Part shown: one piece after another, positions 1 to 7,109 of the stretch
How positions within the stretch are numbered: the stretch's first letter is position 1
Layout of the letters: every line of letters begins with the position of its first letter
Assembly (NCBI GenBank): GCA_049414405.1
Contig: JBMSAQ010000002.1
Coordinates: 30,001 to 62,000, forward strand
Length of the DNA stretch: 32,000 bases
Source: Candidatus Nanopusillus sp.
Lineage (GTDB): Archaea; Nanobdellota; Nanobdellia; Nanobdellales; Nanobdellaceae
Direction: 5' to 3'
Notes under the pieces: model-generated
The model's input: only the letters and a program-made list of their open reading frames with translations
Told to the model about the DNA's origin: nothing
Database searches by the model: none
Position numbers and translations under genes: made by a program

Positions 1-706
1 CTAAATAATCTTTATATATATTATCTCTTATTTTCTTTAATTCCAGAGACTTATTAACTTCTTCTAATAATTTTTCAATATCTTTATCACCAAAAATATT
101 CTTATATAATTCTATATCCTTTAATAATAAGCTCTTCTCTTTTTCTTTATATTCTTTTTCTTTTTCTAAATCTTTTATCAATCCTTCAACTATTTTTAAT
201 ATTAAAGAATAATATTCTATATCAAATATTTTTTCTAATAATTTTGTTAATTCAATTTTTCCAGATAAACTAATATATCTACCCAAGTCTCCTTGTTTTA
301 TGTACAATATATCTGTAAATTTCTCAATCCTATTTATATTTAATATTTCTTTTATTTTTTTATTAACAATATCCGGTCCGGAAGCTATAATTCTATTTCC
401 TTCATATAATATTGCTTTAGATTCTCCATTATTATTTGAAGATCTAACTATTTTATATATTATATTTCCTTCAGATATTTCTAATTCTACATTTAAATTA
501 TATGAACCAGTTCTTATTAATGATGATATATTTGATATATTTATACTTGATAAAGAATCTTTTCCAAATAAACCAAATAATATTGCATGAAATATAGATG
601 TTTTTCCAACTCCGTTTTCTCCTATTATTATATTTTTTTCATCGAAATTTATCTCTAAATTTTTATGTATTTTAAAGTTCTCCAACCTTATTCTATTAAT
701 CCTCAT
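1..706 (-). CDS. rad50: DNA double-strand-break repair ATPase Rad50, N-terminal ~235 codons (gene continues past the window start)
   Basis: Absent from the ORF track because it is open at the window edge. Minus-strand reading from ATG (706-704) gives MRINRIRLENFKIHKNLEINFDEKNIIIGENGVGKTSIFHAILFGLFGK..., a Rad50/SMC N-terminus with Walker A GENGVGKT (encoded ~600-630). K/E-rich coiled-coil-like sequence follows with no stop down to position 2 (checked codon by codon at the 5' window end). ATGA overlap with the mre11 stop; usual archaeal mre11-rad50 order. Confidence 0.85.
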   Translation of the reverse strand, partial: MRINRIRLENFKIHKNLEINFDEKNIIIGENGVGKTSIFHAILFGLFGKDSLSSINISNISSLIRTGSYNLNVELEISEGNIIYKIVRSSNNNGESKAILYEGNRIIASGPDIVNKKIKEILNINRIEKFTDILYIKQGDLGRYISLSGKIELTKLLEKIFDIEYYSLILKIVEGLIKDLEKEKEYKEKEKSLLLKDIELYKNIFGDKDIEKLLEEVNKSLELKKIRDNIYKDYL

Positions 707-1842
707 TTTATTAATTGTTTAAATATTGTTTCTCTTATTCTATCTAAATCGGAATTCTTACCAGAATACATTTCTTCAAATAATTCTTTTATATTATTAA
801 ACATTTTTATTACTTCCTGTTTATCATTTATAAAAAATGAGCTATCTATTATATTATCTATTGTAATTATTTCTTTACTTAATTTTATTTCCTCATCTAA
901 AGAATAGGAGTCATCCAATATTAAATATCCAGATTCTATTAAATTTTCTAATAGATTTCTTATATTAATATAATAATCTTTTTTATATCTAACCTTAATT
1001 TTTATGATTGTTTCCTTTGATTTATTATAAATATCACTCTTTAATTTATTTAATCCATCATCATTATTTATTATATCTTCATAAATATATATTGTCCTAA
1101 CATTTAATTCTTTAAATTCTATATCATTGTCTTTTACATAGAAGAACCCTTTCTTTATATTTTCTTCATCTTTTGATATTTCAGTCCTTTCAGTAGAACC
1201 TGGTAAGGCAAAGATTATATTATCGTGCTTTTCTAAATGTTTTTTATGAAAGTGTCCAAATGCATAATAATCTGCTTTAGGAAAATCATTCAAAGATAAG
1301 ATTCTAGGTTCTTTACTATGACCCTCCAAGATATTTTCTGGAAATATATTTACTGCTCCATGAAACATAAAAATATTGTAGCCATTATTTTCAAATTTCA
1401 AATTTAATAAATTTTTTTTGTAATATATTCTTAATTGTTCATATGATAAATTTGAAGGTTCTGATATTCCATAAATATACACATCTTTATGTACAAACGG
1501 TTCTTTTATATTTGCTTCATATATTAAACCCAATCTTTTTAATATTTCTAAAACGTTTTGTCTTTGTCCCTTTGTATCATGATTTCCCTTAATAAATATT
1601 AATGGTATTTTATGATCTTTTAGTTTAAATAATATATCCAATATTTCCAGAAGATATTTTGAATCTATCCTAAAATAATCATCAAAGAAATCTCCAGAAT
1701 GGATTATAAAATCTGTATTTTCTCTAATTGCAAAATCAATGACTTGTCTAAATGAATTTAAAAAATCATATTTTCTGATTTCACCATATTCTACCGGAAT
1801 TTGACATCCTAAATGCGTATCAGAGACATGAATAAATTTCAT
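703..1842 (-). CDS. mre11: DNA repair nuclease Mre11 (calcineurin-like phosphoesterase)
   Basis: 379 aa. Carries the Mre11 phosphoesterase motifs: MKFIHVSDTHLG, HSGDFFD, KGNHD, FMFHG, FGHFH. Its stop overlaps the rad50 start (ATGA). Confidence 0.9.
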   Translation of the reverse strand: MKFIHVSDTHLGCQIPVEYGEIRKYDFLNSFRQVIDFAIRENTDFIIHSGDFFDDYFRIDSKYLLEILDILFKLKDHKIPLIFIKGNHDTKGQRQNVLEILKRLGLIYEANIKEPFVHKDVYIYGISEPSNLSYEQLRIYYKKNLLNLKFENNGYNIFMFHGAVNIFPENILEGHSKEPRILSLNDFPKADYYAFGHFHKKHLEKHDNIIFALPGSTERTEISKDEENIKKGFFYVKDNDIEFKELNVRTIYIYEDIINNDDGLNKLKSDIYNKSKETIIKIKVRYKKDYYINIRNLLENLIESGYLILDDSYSLDEEIKLSKEIITIDNIIDSSFFINDKQEVIKMFNNIKELFEEMYSGKNSDLDRIRETIFKQLIK

Positions 1843-2321
1843 TAAATATTATTGTGTGAAAATTTTTTATTTATATTTTCCAAATACTCATTTAAATAGT
1901 TTAAAACTATTTCTTTATCCTTTTTATAATAATCAAAACTTACTTTTAATAAGAAAGAATCTTCTGTATAATGTATTTTAATAATTTTGTTTAATGTTAA
2001 TTCGTCTTTATTGATTCTTAAGTATATATTGTAGTTCTCATCAAAATTACAATTACTTTTTATATCTTCAAATCTTAATCCTAAAGAAATTAAATTTCTA
2101 AAAAATATATTTACGCTATTTTTATCATTAATTTTTATTTCATATACTTCAATTATATTACTTATTAATCCCTTATCCTTATAATTGTTTATTTTTATTT
2201 TCTTTCTATCAATATCTTTTAATAATAAATCTATTGCATTTAATATTCTATTTTTATCATCCCATTCATGTATATTCACCCTCAATAGCACAAAGGAAAT
2301 CCTCATAACAATTATATACAT
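1842..2321 (-). CDS. Hypothetical protein translationally coupled to mre11 (function unassigned)
   Basis: 159-aa ORF whose stop overlaps the mre11 ATG (TAATG). No catalytic motif recognised. There is only a weak, speculative resemblance of VNIHEWDDKNRILNAIDLLL to the N-terminal PTED...A..nlf region of archaeal UPF0201/COG1931 proteins. Start ambiguous (M1 at 2321 or M6 at 2306). Confidence 0.45.
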   Translation of the reverse strand: MYIIVMRISFVLLRVNIHEWDDKNRILNAIDLLLKDIDRKKIKINNYKDKGLISNIIEVYEIKINDKNSVNIFFRNLISLGLRFEDIKSNCNFDENYNIYLRINKDELTLNKIIKIHYTEDSFLLKVSFDYYKKDKEIVLNYLNEYLENINKKFSHNNI

Positions 2322-2332
2322 ACATAGAAAAG

Positions 2333-2340
2333 TTTATATT
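2333..2340 (+). promoter_or_regulatory. TATA-like box TTTATATT (preceded by purine-rich GAAAAG), starts 30 nt upstream of the pilin-like gene ATG
   Basis: Read directly. The spacing matches the recurrent 29-31 nt pattern in this window. The region is AT-rich, and other TATA-like strings lie nearer the ATG. Confidence 0.4.
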
Positions 2341-2362
2341 TATAAAAAAATTTATATGTAAA

Positions 2363-2785
2363 ATGGTAAAAAGAGCTCAGGGTTTACCTATAAATACTAT
2401 AATTTTGGCAATTATTGCAATAATTGTATTGGTATTTCTTGTATTAATATTCACTGGTGGAATCGGAAGATTTGTTTCAAGTACTGGCCAGATAGGTCCA
2501 TCAGCTAATCAAACAACTGGTGCACAATGTTCACAATTTGCAACAGCAATACAGCAACAAATGGGAACTTCTACAAGCCCATCCTCTCAATTACAAATGT
2601 TAGCAAATTCTCAATATGTATCTTCGGGCTGTAGTGTTCATTTCCAACATTCATTTATTTTATATGATGGTTCGGAAGTCTTATGTGGACTTGGTCCTGA
2701 TAAATGTCTATATTTATCTAATCAACAAAACAATCAAGGATGTACTCCACCCAACGGTATACCTGGTTGTGAACTCAAGAGATAA
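2363..2785 (+). CDS. Secreted pilin-like protein with a class III (type IV prepilin-like) signal peptide and a Cys-rich globular domain
   Basis: N-terminus MVKRAQG/LPINTIILAIIAIIVLVFLVLIF has a short basic leader ending in G, then a ~22-residue hydrophobic helix. This is the archaeal prepilin pattern. The rest is G/Q/S/T-rich and K/E-poor with 6 Cys, unlike the cytoplasmic proteins of this window. A TATA-like box starts 30 nt upstream. Confidence 0.6.
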   Translation: MVKRAQGLPINTIILAIIAIIVLVFLVLIFTGGIGRFVSSTGQIGPSANQTTGAQCSQFATAIQQQMGTSTSPSSQLQMLANSQYVSSGCSVHFQHSFILYDGSEVLCGLGPDKCLYLSNQQNNQGCTPPNGIPGCELKR

Positions 2786-2793
2786 TTTATTTT
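2786..2793 (+). promoter_or_regulatory. TATA-like box TTTATTTT, starts 29 nt upstream of the SSB ATG
   Basis: Read directly. It lies immediately after the upstream stop. This is a weaker match to TTTAWAWW. Confidence 0.3.
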
Positions 2794-2814
2794 TTTATTA
2801 CTAAATATTTTTTC

Positions 2815-3453
2815 ATGATAGATAAGAATCATGTTTCATCTATTTTAGGTATATCAAAAACAAAATTACAAGAACTAATAGATGAAAAAATAAAACAATA
2901 TAAAAATTTAATTGATGAAGAAACAGCTATTTTATTGATATTAAAAGAAAGAGGATTAATATTAGAAGATCTATATAATATAAAAATAAAAAACTTATAT
3001 CCTGGATTAAAGGTAAAAGAGATAAAATTAAGGATAAACAAAGTACTAATAAAAAAGGGTAATTTAATAATTCTAGAAGCTGGAGATGAAACAGGATTAA
3101 TTAAGTTAATAATTAAAGATCATAAATGGAAAAGAAAAGAAAGCTTATTAAAAGAAAATAGCAATATAAAAGTAAAAAATGGTGTAGTACTAAATAATTT
3201 TGTTCTATCAATATTCATAAATAATATAAACTTAATAGAGAAGATAAATGAAGAAATAAATCTGAATCAAAATTATATATCATATAGATATATAAGATTA
3301 CTAAAAGAGAATGAGAATAATTATATAGTATTAACGGACAATTTTAATGTACTATATTTAGAAAAGAATATTCAATTAGAATATAACAAAACATATACGA
3401 TAAAATTTTATAATAAAAGACCTATTGAAATTATTGAATTAAAATCCTACTAA
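2815..3453 (+). CDS. Single-OB-fold ssDNA-binding protein (RPA-type, NeqSSB-like)
   Basis: 212 aa. The N-terminal helical region LQELIDEKIKQYKNLIDEETAILLILKERGL matches the conserved RPA/NeqSSB leader (…EEKIKAFNNLISRRGALLLVAKKLGL, recalled from memory). It is followed by the OB signature IKNLYPGLKVKEIKLRINKV...ILEAGDETGLIKLII (compare GDETGTIKAIIW). Confidence 0.7.
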   Translation: MIDKNHVSSILGISKTKLQELIDEKIKQYKNLIDEETAILLILKERGLILEDLYNIKIKNLYPGLKVKEIKLRINKVLIKKGNLIILEAGDETGLIKLIIKDHKWKRKESLLKENSNIKVKNGVVLNNFVLSIFINNINLIEKINEEINLNQNYISYRYIRLLKENENNYIVLTDNFNVLYLEKNIQLEYNKTYTIKFYNKRPIEIIELKSY

Positions 3454-5229
3454 ACTTATTAATTTATCGGGATTATTGTAATACATACTCATAATTCCTG
3501 CAATCTTTCTATAATTTCTTATGTTATTTTCTAGTATATATTCTAGTACTCTTATTTTAAATTTAAAGTTAGTTTCTATATCACTTTTATCCCAGTTCCT
3601 GATTTCAGCGATTTTATTTAATATATAACTTTCACCTGCTATGTAAGTATCGTCTCTTGGATTCCATTTAAATGAAATTATCCTATCAACATCTTTCTTT
3701 TCTTTATTAAATCTAAGTATTTCATATATCTTATCTACTCTTCTTACATATTTTCCTTGGTATTTCAGTCTTTTGAGGAATACAACCCCATCCAATACTT
3801 CTAATAAAGCTGGAGGTAAGCTAATTGGTGGAGATAATAACCTATCCATTAATGCTTCAAAACTTTCCGCATGTATAGTACCCAAACCGGCATGACCTGT
3901 TGCCATTGCCTGGAATAATATATAAGCTTCTTCTCCTCTTACCTCACCCACAATTATATAATCCGGCCTTTGTCTTAAAGCAGCTTTTAATAGATCAAAC
4001 ATGGTAACTTCACCATACCCATTTGGACCATATCCAGGTCTTGCAACTTGTGATAACCAGTTGGGATGTGGTAACTTTAACTCTGCAGTGTCCTCTATTG
4101 AAACTATCTTTTTCTCGGGTTTAATAAATAGAGATATTGCATTCAAGAATGATGTTTTACCTGTAGCTGTTCCACCAGATATTAATAATGATCTACCCTC
4201 TTCTATTAATGTCCATAAATATGCCAACATATTAAAGTCCACAGTTCCATATAGTAATAAGTCAACTGGTGTAAATGGGTCTTCTGTAAATTTTCTGATT
4301 GTAAATGAAGAACCTCTCCTAGAAATATCTTTTCCAAAGGTTATCTGAATTCTTGATCCATCAGGTAAAGCTGCATCTAATAAAGGATTTGCAACAGATA
4401 CAATTCTACCAGCTCTCACAGATAATTTTATTACAAAATTATCTAATTCTTCATCAGAATTAAACTGTAGGTTTGTTTTTATTTCACCTATTAGTGGATT
4501 CCTATGGAATATGAATATTGGATAATTTATACCAGTACAGGATATATCTTCAATTAATGGATCTCTCATTAATGGATCTATTATTCCATAACCAATTGTA
4601 TCTCTTATTATATAATATAATATATATGGCAATTTATTTGCATCTATCTGATATCCTTTTTCTTTTATTATACTCAAAGCTTGTTTTATTATATAATTTC
4701 TCATATATTCCTCATTTTTTTCCATTCCAAGAGGAAGTTCTGATATTCTAGTTAGATCATCAATTATTTTATTTATAATCTTCCTATCATTATCATCTAT
4801 ATTTGGTTCTATTACGTGATATACAAGTTCTCCATATTCATTATCCCACGATATATCTACATATGCAAATATATATTCTCTACCAAGAATATTCATTCTA
4901 GTTAGTGGATATTTAAATTTACTTACATTTTCGTTTTTATTGTATAATTCTATGAAAAATTTAAGTTTATCTTTTTCGGTAATTTTTATATTTTCCGATG
5001 GTATACTAACCAAACTTATATTATAAATTTTTTTCTTTTCTCTTTTCTTTTTCCTTTTTCTTTTTTCATATTTATTACTAATTAATGGTATATAAATTGG
5101 TTGATATGCTTTAGGTGCACTTTCTACAATATTTATTTTTTCAATCTTTTCATTTAATTTTCTTCTTAATTCAATTTTTTTTCTTACTACATCTATAACA
5201 TCATCAAGAAAATCATAAATGTTGCTCAT
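3439..5229 (-). CDS. Type IV filament assembly ATPase (archaeal FlaI/ArlI-PilB, GspE/VirB11 superfamily)
   Basis: 596 aa. Walker A LISGGTATGKTSFLNA, Asp box SIEDTAEL, Walker B DYIIVGEVRGEEA, His box ATGHAGLGTIHA. N-terminal domain has YHVIEPNIDDNDRKIINKI, typical of FlaI-like proteins. There is an unusual K/R-rich insert (KYEKRKRKKKREKKK). The 3' end overlaps the convergent SSB gene by 15 nt. Confidence 0.85.
   Translation of the reverse strand: MSNIYDFLDDVIDVVRKKIELRRKLNEKIEKINIVESAPKAYQPIYIPLISNKYEKRKRKKKREKKKIYNISLVSIPSENIKITEKDKLKFFIELYNKNENVSKFKYPLTRMNILGREYIFAYVDISWDNEYGELVYHVIEPNIDDNDRKIINKIIDDLTRISELPLGMEKNEEYMRNYIIKQALSIIKEKGYQIDANKLPYILYYIIRDTIGYGIIDPLMRDPLIEDISCTGINYPIFIFHRNPLIGEIKTNLQFNSDEELDNFVIKLSVRAGRIVSVANPLLDAALPDGSRIQITFGKDISRRGSSFTIRKFTEDPFTPVDLLLYGTVDFNMLAYLWTLIEEGRSLLISGGTATGKTSFLNAISLFIKPEKKIVSIEDTAELKLPHPNWLSQVARPGYGPNGYGEVTMFDLLKAALRQRPDYIIVGEVRGEEAYILFQAMATGHAGLGTIHAESFEALMDRLLSPPISLPPALLEVLDGVVFLKRLKYQGKYVRRVDKIYEILRFNKEKKDVDRIISFKWNPRDDTYIAGESYILNKIAEIRNWDKSDIETNFKFKIRVLEYILENNIRNYRKIAGIMSMYYNNPDKLISLVGF
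5028..5067. other. 40-nt uninterrupted homopyrimidine (plus strand) / homopurine (coding strand) tract
   Basis: Positions 5028-5067 contain only t and c. On the minus strand the tract encodes the K/R-rich insert EKRKRKKKREKKK of the type IV ATPase. Confidence 0.85.
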
Positions 5230-5251
5230 ATATTTAAAGAAAATTTGGGAA

Positions 5252-5259
5252 AATATAAA
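5252..5259 (-). promoter_or_regulatory. TATA-like box TTTATATT, starts 30 nt upstream of the type IV ATPase ATG
   Basis: Plus strand aatataaa at 5252-5259; ATG top base at 5229. Confidence 0.4.
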
Positions 5260-5260
5260 T

Positions 5261-5641
5261 TTAACTTATATATAAAATGGAATCTACAGAATAATTCTTA
5301 TATTGTAAAAAGAAAGAATTCAAACCATGGCCATAGATAGGACGGAAATAAGAATTGTTATTTAAATTTATAGATAAAAATTTTTCATTATATGTTATGT
5401 ACACTACGTTATTAATTGCACTTATTGAAAACTTATAATTCTGGGAAGGTTGGCAAAAGAGATTTGCATTATATAAATAAGAATAATATATACAAAATTT
5501 AACATTTGATTCTATATAATTTAAAACTACTTTATCATAATTTGATGGGTTTGTTATATAATTAAAATATAAAATCGTCAATTGGGAAATATAAAATAAT
5601 ATTAAAGTTATTAATACTATTTCTATTGCGTTTACTGGCAT
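5261..5641 (-). CDS. Hypothetical small exported or membrane protein, possible minor pilin
   Basis: 126 aa with an N-terminal hydrophobic helix (MPVNAIEIVLITLILFYISQLTILYF). The rest is N/S/Y-rich with 2 Cys. Its start overlaps the stop of the upstream pilin-like gene (TAATG), and it lies just upstream of the ATPase. No canonical basic leader, so the pilin call is tentative. Confidence 0.4.
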   Translation of the reverse strand: MPVNAIEIVLITLILFYISQLTILYFNYITNPSNYDKVVLNYIESNVKFCIYYSYLYNANLFCQPSQNYKFSISAINNVVYITYNEKFLSINLNNNSYFRPIYGHGLNSFFLQYKNYSVDSILYIS

Positions 5642-6483
5642 TATACAACAGAAGCTTGTACATAATAATATACTAATTGTTTACAAACAGTAGAATTTGG
5701 ATTATTAATTATTTCTAATCTTTTATATTGTAGATTTACATTAACAGAATTTCCATTTGTATTAACCGATGTTTGACCAGCTGGTTCTATTACTATTAAT
5801 TCACATTGTCCATTTTGAGGATTATACATTGGTCTACACTCTATTTGATATTGTATAATTCCACTTAATTGGGTTGCTGAAAGTAAACATTTTGGATAAT
5901 ATGATACACCAGATATTCCTACATTACGTTGGGGTATGAATGATACAACATTATTCTGAACAATTATATTAAAATCAAAATATTGGGTTATAACATTTTT
6001 AGTACTCGCTAAAGGCAATATTAAGGTATTATTATTTATATCTTGTATAATTATATTAGAAGAATTTACTTTTACTATAAGATTTGAAATTCCACATAAT
6101 TGAATAGAATTATAACCAGATAAAGGTACTGAAACTGTATTGTTTACATTACATGGAATATATATGTTATAATTTATTGGAATTACAGAAATAGATGGAT
6201 TATAGTAATTTACTGGTGTTTGAAATGAATATTGAATTAAATTACCATATATATTTAAAGATCCTCTTGGTAAAGTTAATGTAATAGTTTGAGATCCTTT
6301 ACTTTGAACAACTGATGATATAGCATCTGCCAATGTAGTTAATTGATTCTGAATATTATCTACTGTAGACCTAATCTGGGATTTTTGTAGTAGTGGTATA
6401 CCCCATTCATATATTCCTATTGCTAAACCAACTATAATGGCTCCCAGCAATAAATAACCGATAAGATTTGATTGTAATTTCAT
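5641..6483 (-). CDS. Putative pilin-like or extracellular filament protein with an N-terminal hydrophobic anchor
   Basis: 280 aa. MKLQS/NLIGYLLLGAIIVGLAIGIYEW resembles an archaeal class III signal peptide followed by a hydrophobic helix. The remainder is N/Q/S/T/V-rich and K/E-poor, with 6 Cys and several N-x-S/T sequons, which is an extracellular composition. It sits in a cluster with the type IV ATPase. Confidence 0.5.
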   Translation of the reverse strand: MKLQSNLIGYLLLGAIIVGLAIGIYEWGIPLLQKSQIRSTVDNIQNQLTTLADAISSVVQSKGSQTITLTLPRGSLNIYGNLIQYSFQTPVNYYNPSISVIPINYNIYIPCNVNNTVSVPLSGYNSIQLCGISNLIVKVNSSNIIIQDINNNTLILPLASTKNVITQYFDFNIIVQNNVVSFIPQRNVGISGVSYYPKCLLSATQLSGIIQYQIECRPMYNPQNGQCELIVIEPAGQTSVNTNGNSVNVNLQYKRLEIINNPNSTVCKQLVYYYVQASVV

Positions 6484-6515
6484 TTTATAAAGATACTAAA
6501 AAAATTTATTAATTT

Positions 6516-7067
6516 TTATATCCTTTTGTTATAATTTTGTATTGATGAACTTATATAACTTAAGCCTTGATTATTTTTTATACTTTCTATCTGCTTCTTA
6601 AGATTATCTAATAATTCTGCTACTTTTAAGTTGGCTTTTTCTAGGTTTTCTATTCTCTTTATTAATTCGGTATTATTTTCATGTGTTTCTTTTTCTTTTG
6701 GTCTTAACAGAGCGGCTTCTTTAAATATTTCAAATAAACTCCTTAATTCTTTATATAAATTATTTGTAACGACTACTAATTCAGATATCTTTGCCTGTAA
6801 ATCTATATTACTCTTTATTAATGAATTTGCAATTTCTTTATAAAATGATGTATCTATATTTGATTGAACATAATACAGTTGAGCTTGTGCTTCTTTTTTA
6901 GCTATTGGATTTGTTTCGGATGGTGTAGAAACCTGTTTTTTTATTTCTTCAATATTATTTTTTAATTCTCTTTTTAATATAGCTAAATCATTCTTTAGGT
7001 TTTCTATCTCTTCAACCAATTTTTCAAAAGGGTCTGTTGGTATAAGTTCATAATCTGGGGATGGCAT
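6516..7067 (-). CDS. Coiled-coil protein of unknown function, first gene of the filament cluster
   Basis: 183 aa with heptad-like K/E/L/N-rich segments (EKLVEEIENLKNDLAILKRELKNNIEEIKK; ELIKRIENLEKANLKVAELLDNLKKQIESIK). No TM segment or enzymatic motif. A palindromic TTTATAAA box starts 30 nt upstream of the ATG. Confidence 0.5.
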   Translation of the reverse strand: MPSPDYELIPTDPFEKLVEEIENLKNDLAILKRELKNNIEEIKKQVSTPSETNPIAKKEAQAQLYYVQSNIDTSFYKEIANSLIKSNIDLQAKISELVVVTNNLYKELRSLFEIFKEAALLRPKEKETHENNTELIKRIENLEKANLKVAELLDNLKKQIESIKNNQGLSYISSSIQNYNKRI

Positions 7068-7089
7068 AAAAGAATAAAAAATTTTGATA

Positions 7090-7097
7090 TTTATAAA
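7090..7097 (-). promoter_or_regulatory. TATA box TTTATAAA (palindromic), starts 30 nt upstream of the coiled-coil gene ATG
   Basis: Read directly in the 42-nt ths/coiled-coil intergenic spacer. Confidence 0.45.
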
Positions 7098-7109
7098 TCT
7101 TCTAAAAAA

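Noticed and set aside
300-907. Plus-strand ORFs 300..590 and 665..907
   Set aside because: Both are antisense to rad50 and mre11, whose translations carry clear family motifs. Their products are I/L/F/S-rich nonsense typical of antisense frames in AT-rich DNA.
2786-2797. Oligo-T runs after stop codons as transcription terminators (for example T7 at 2790-2796)
   Set aside because: Archaeal terminators are T-runs, but T-runs of 5-8 are scattered throughout this sequence, including inside genes. I cannot distinguish functional ones by eye.
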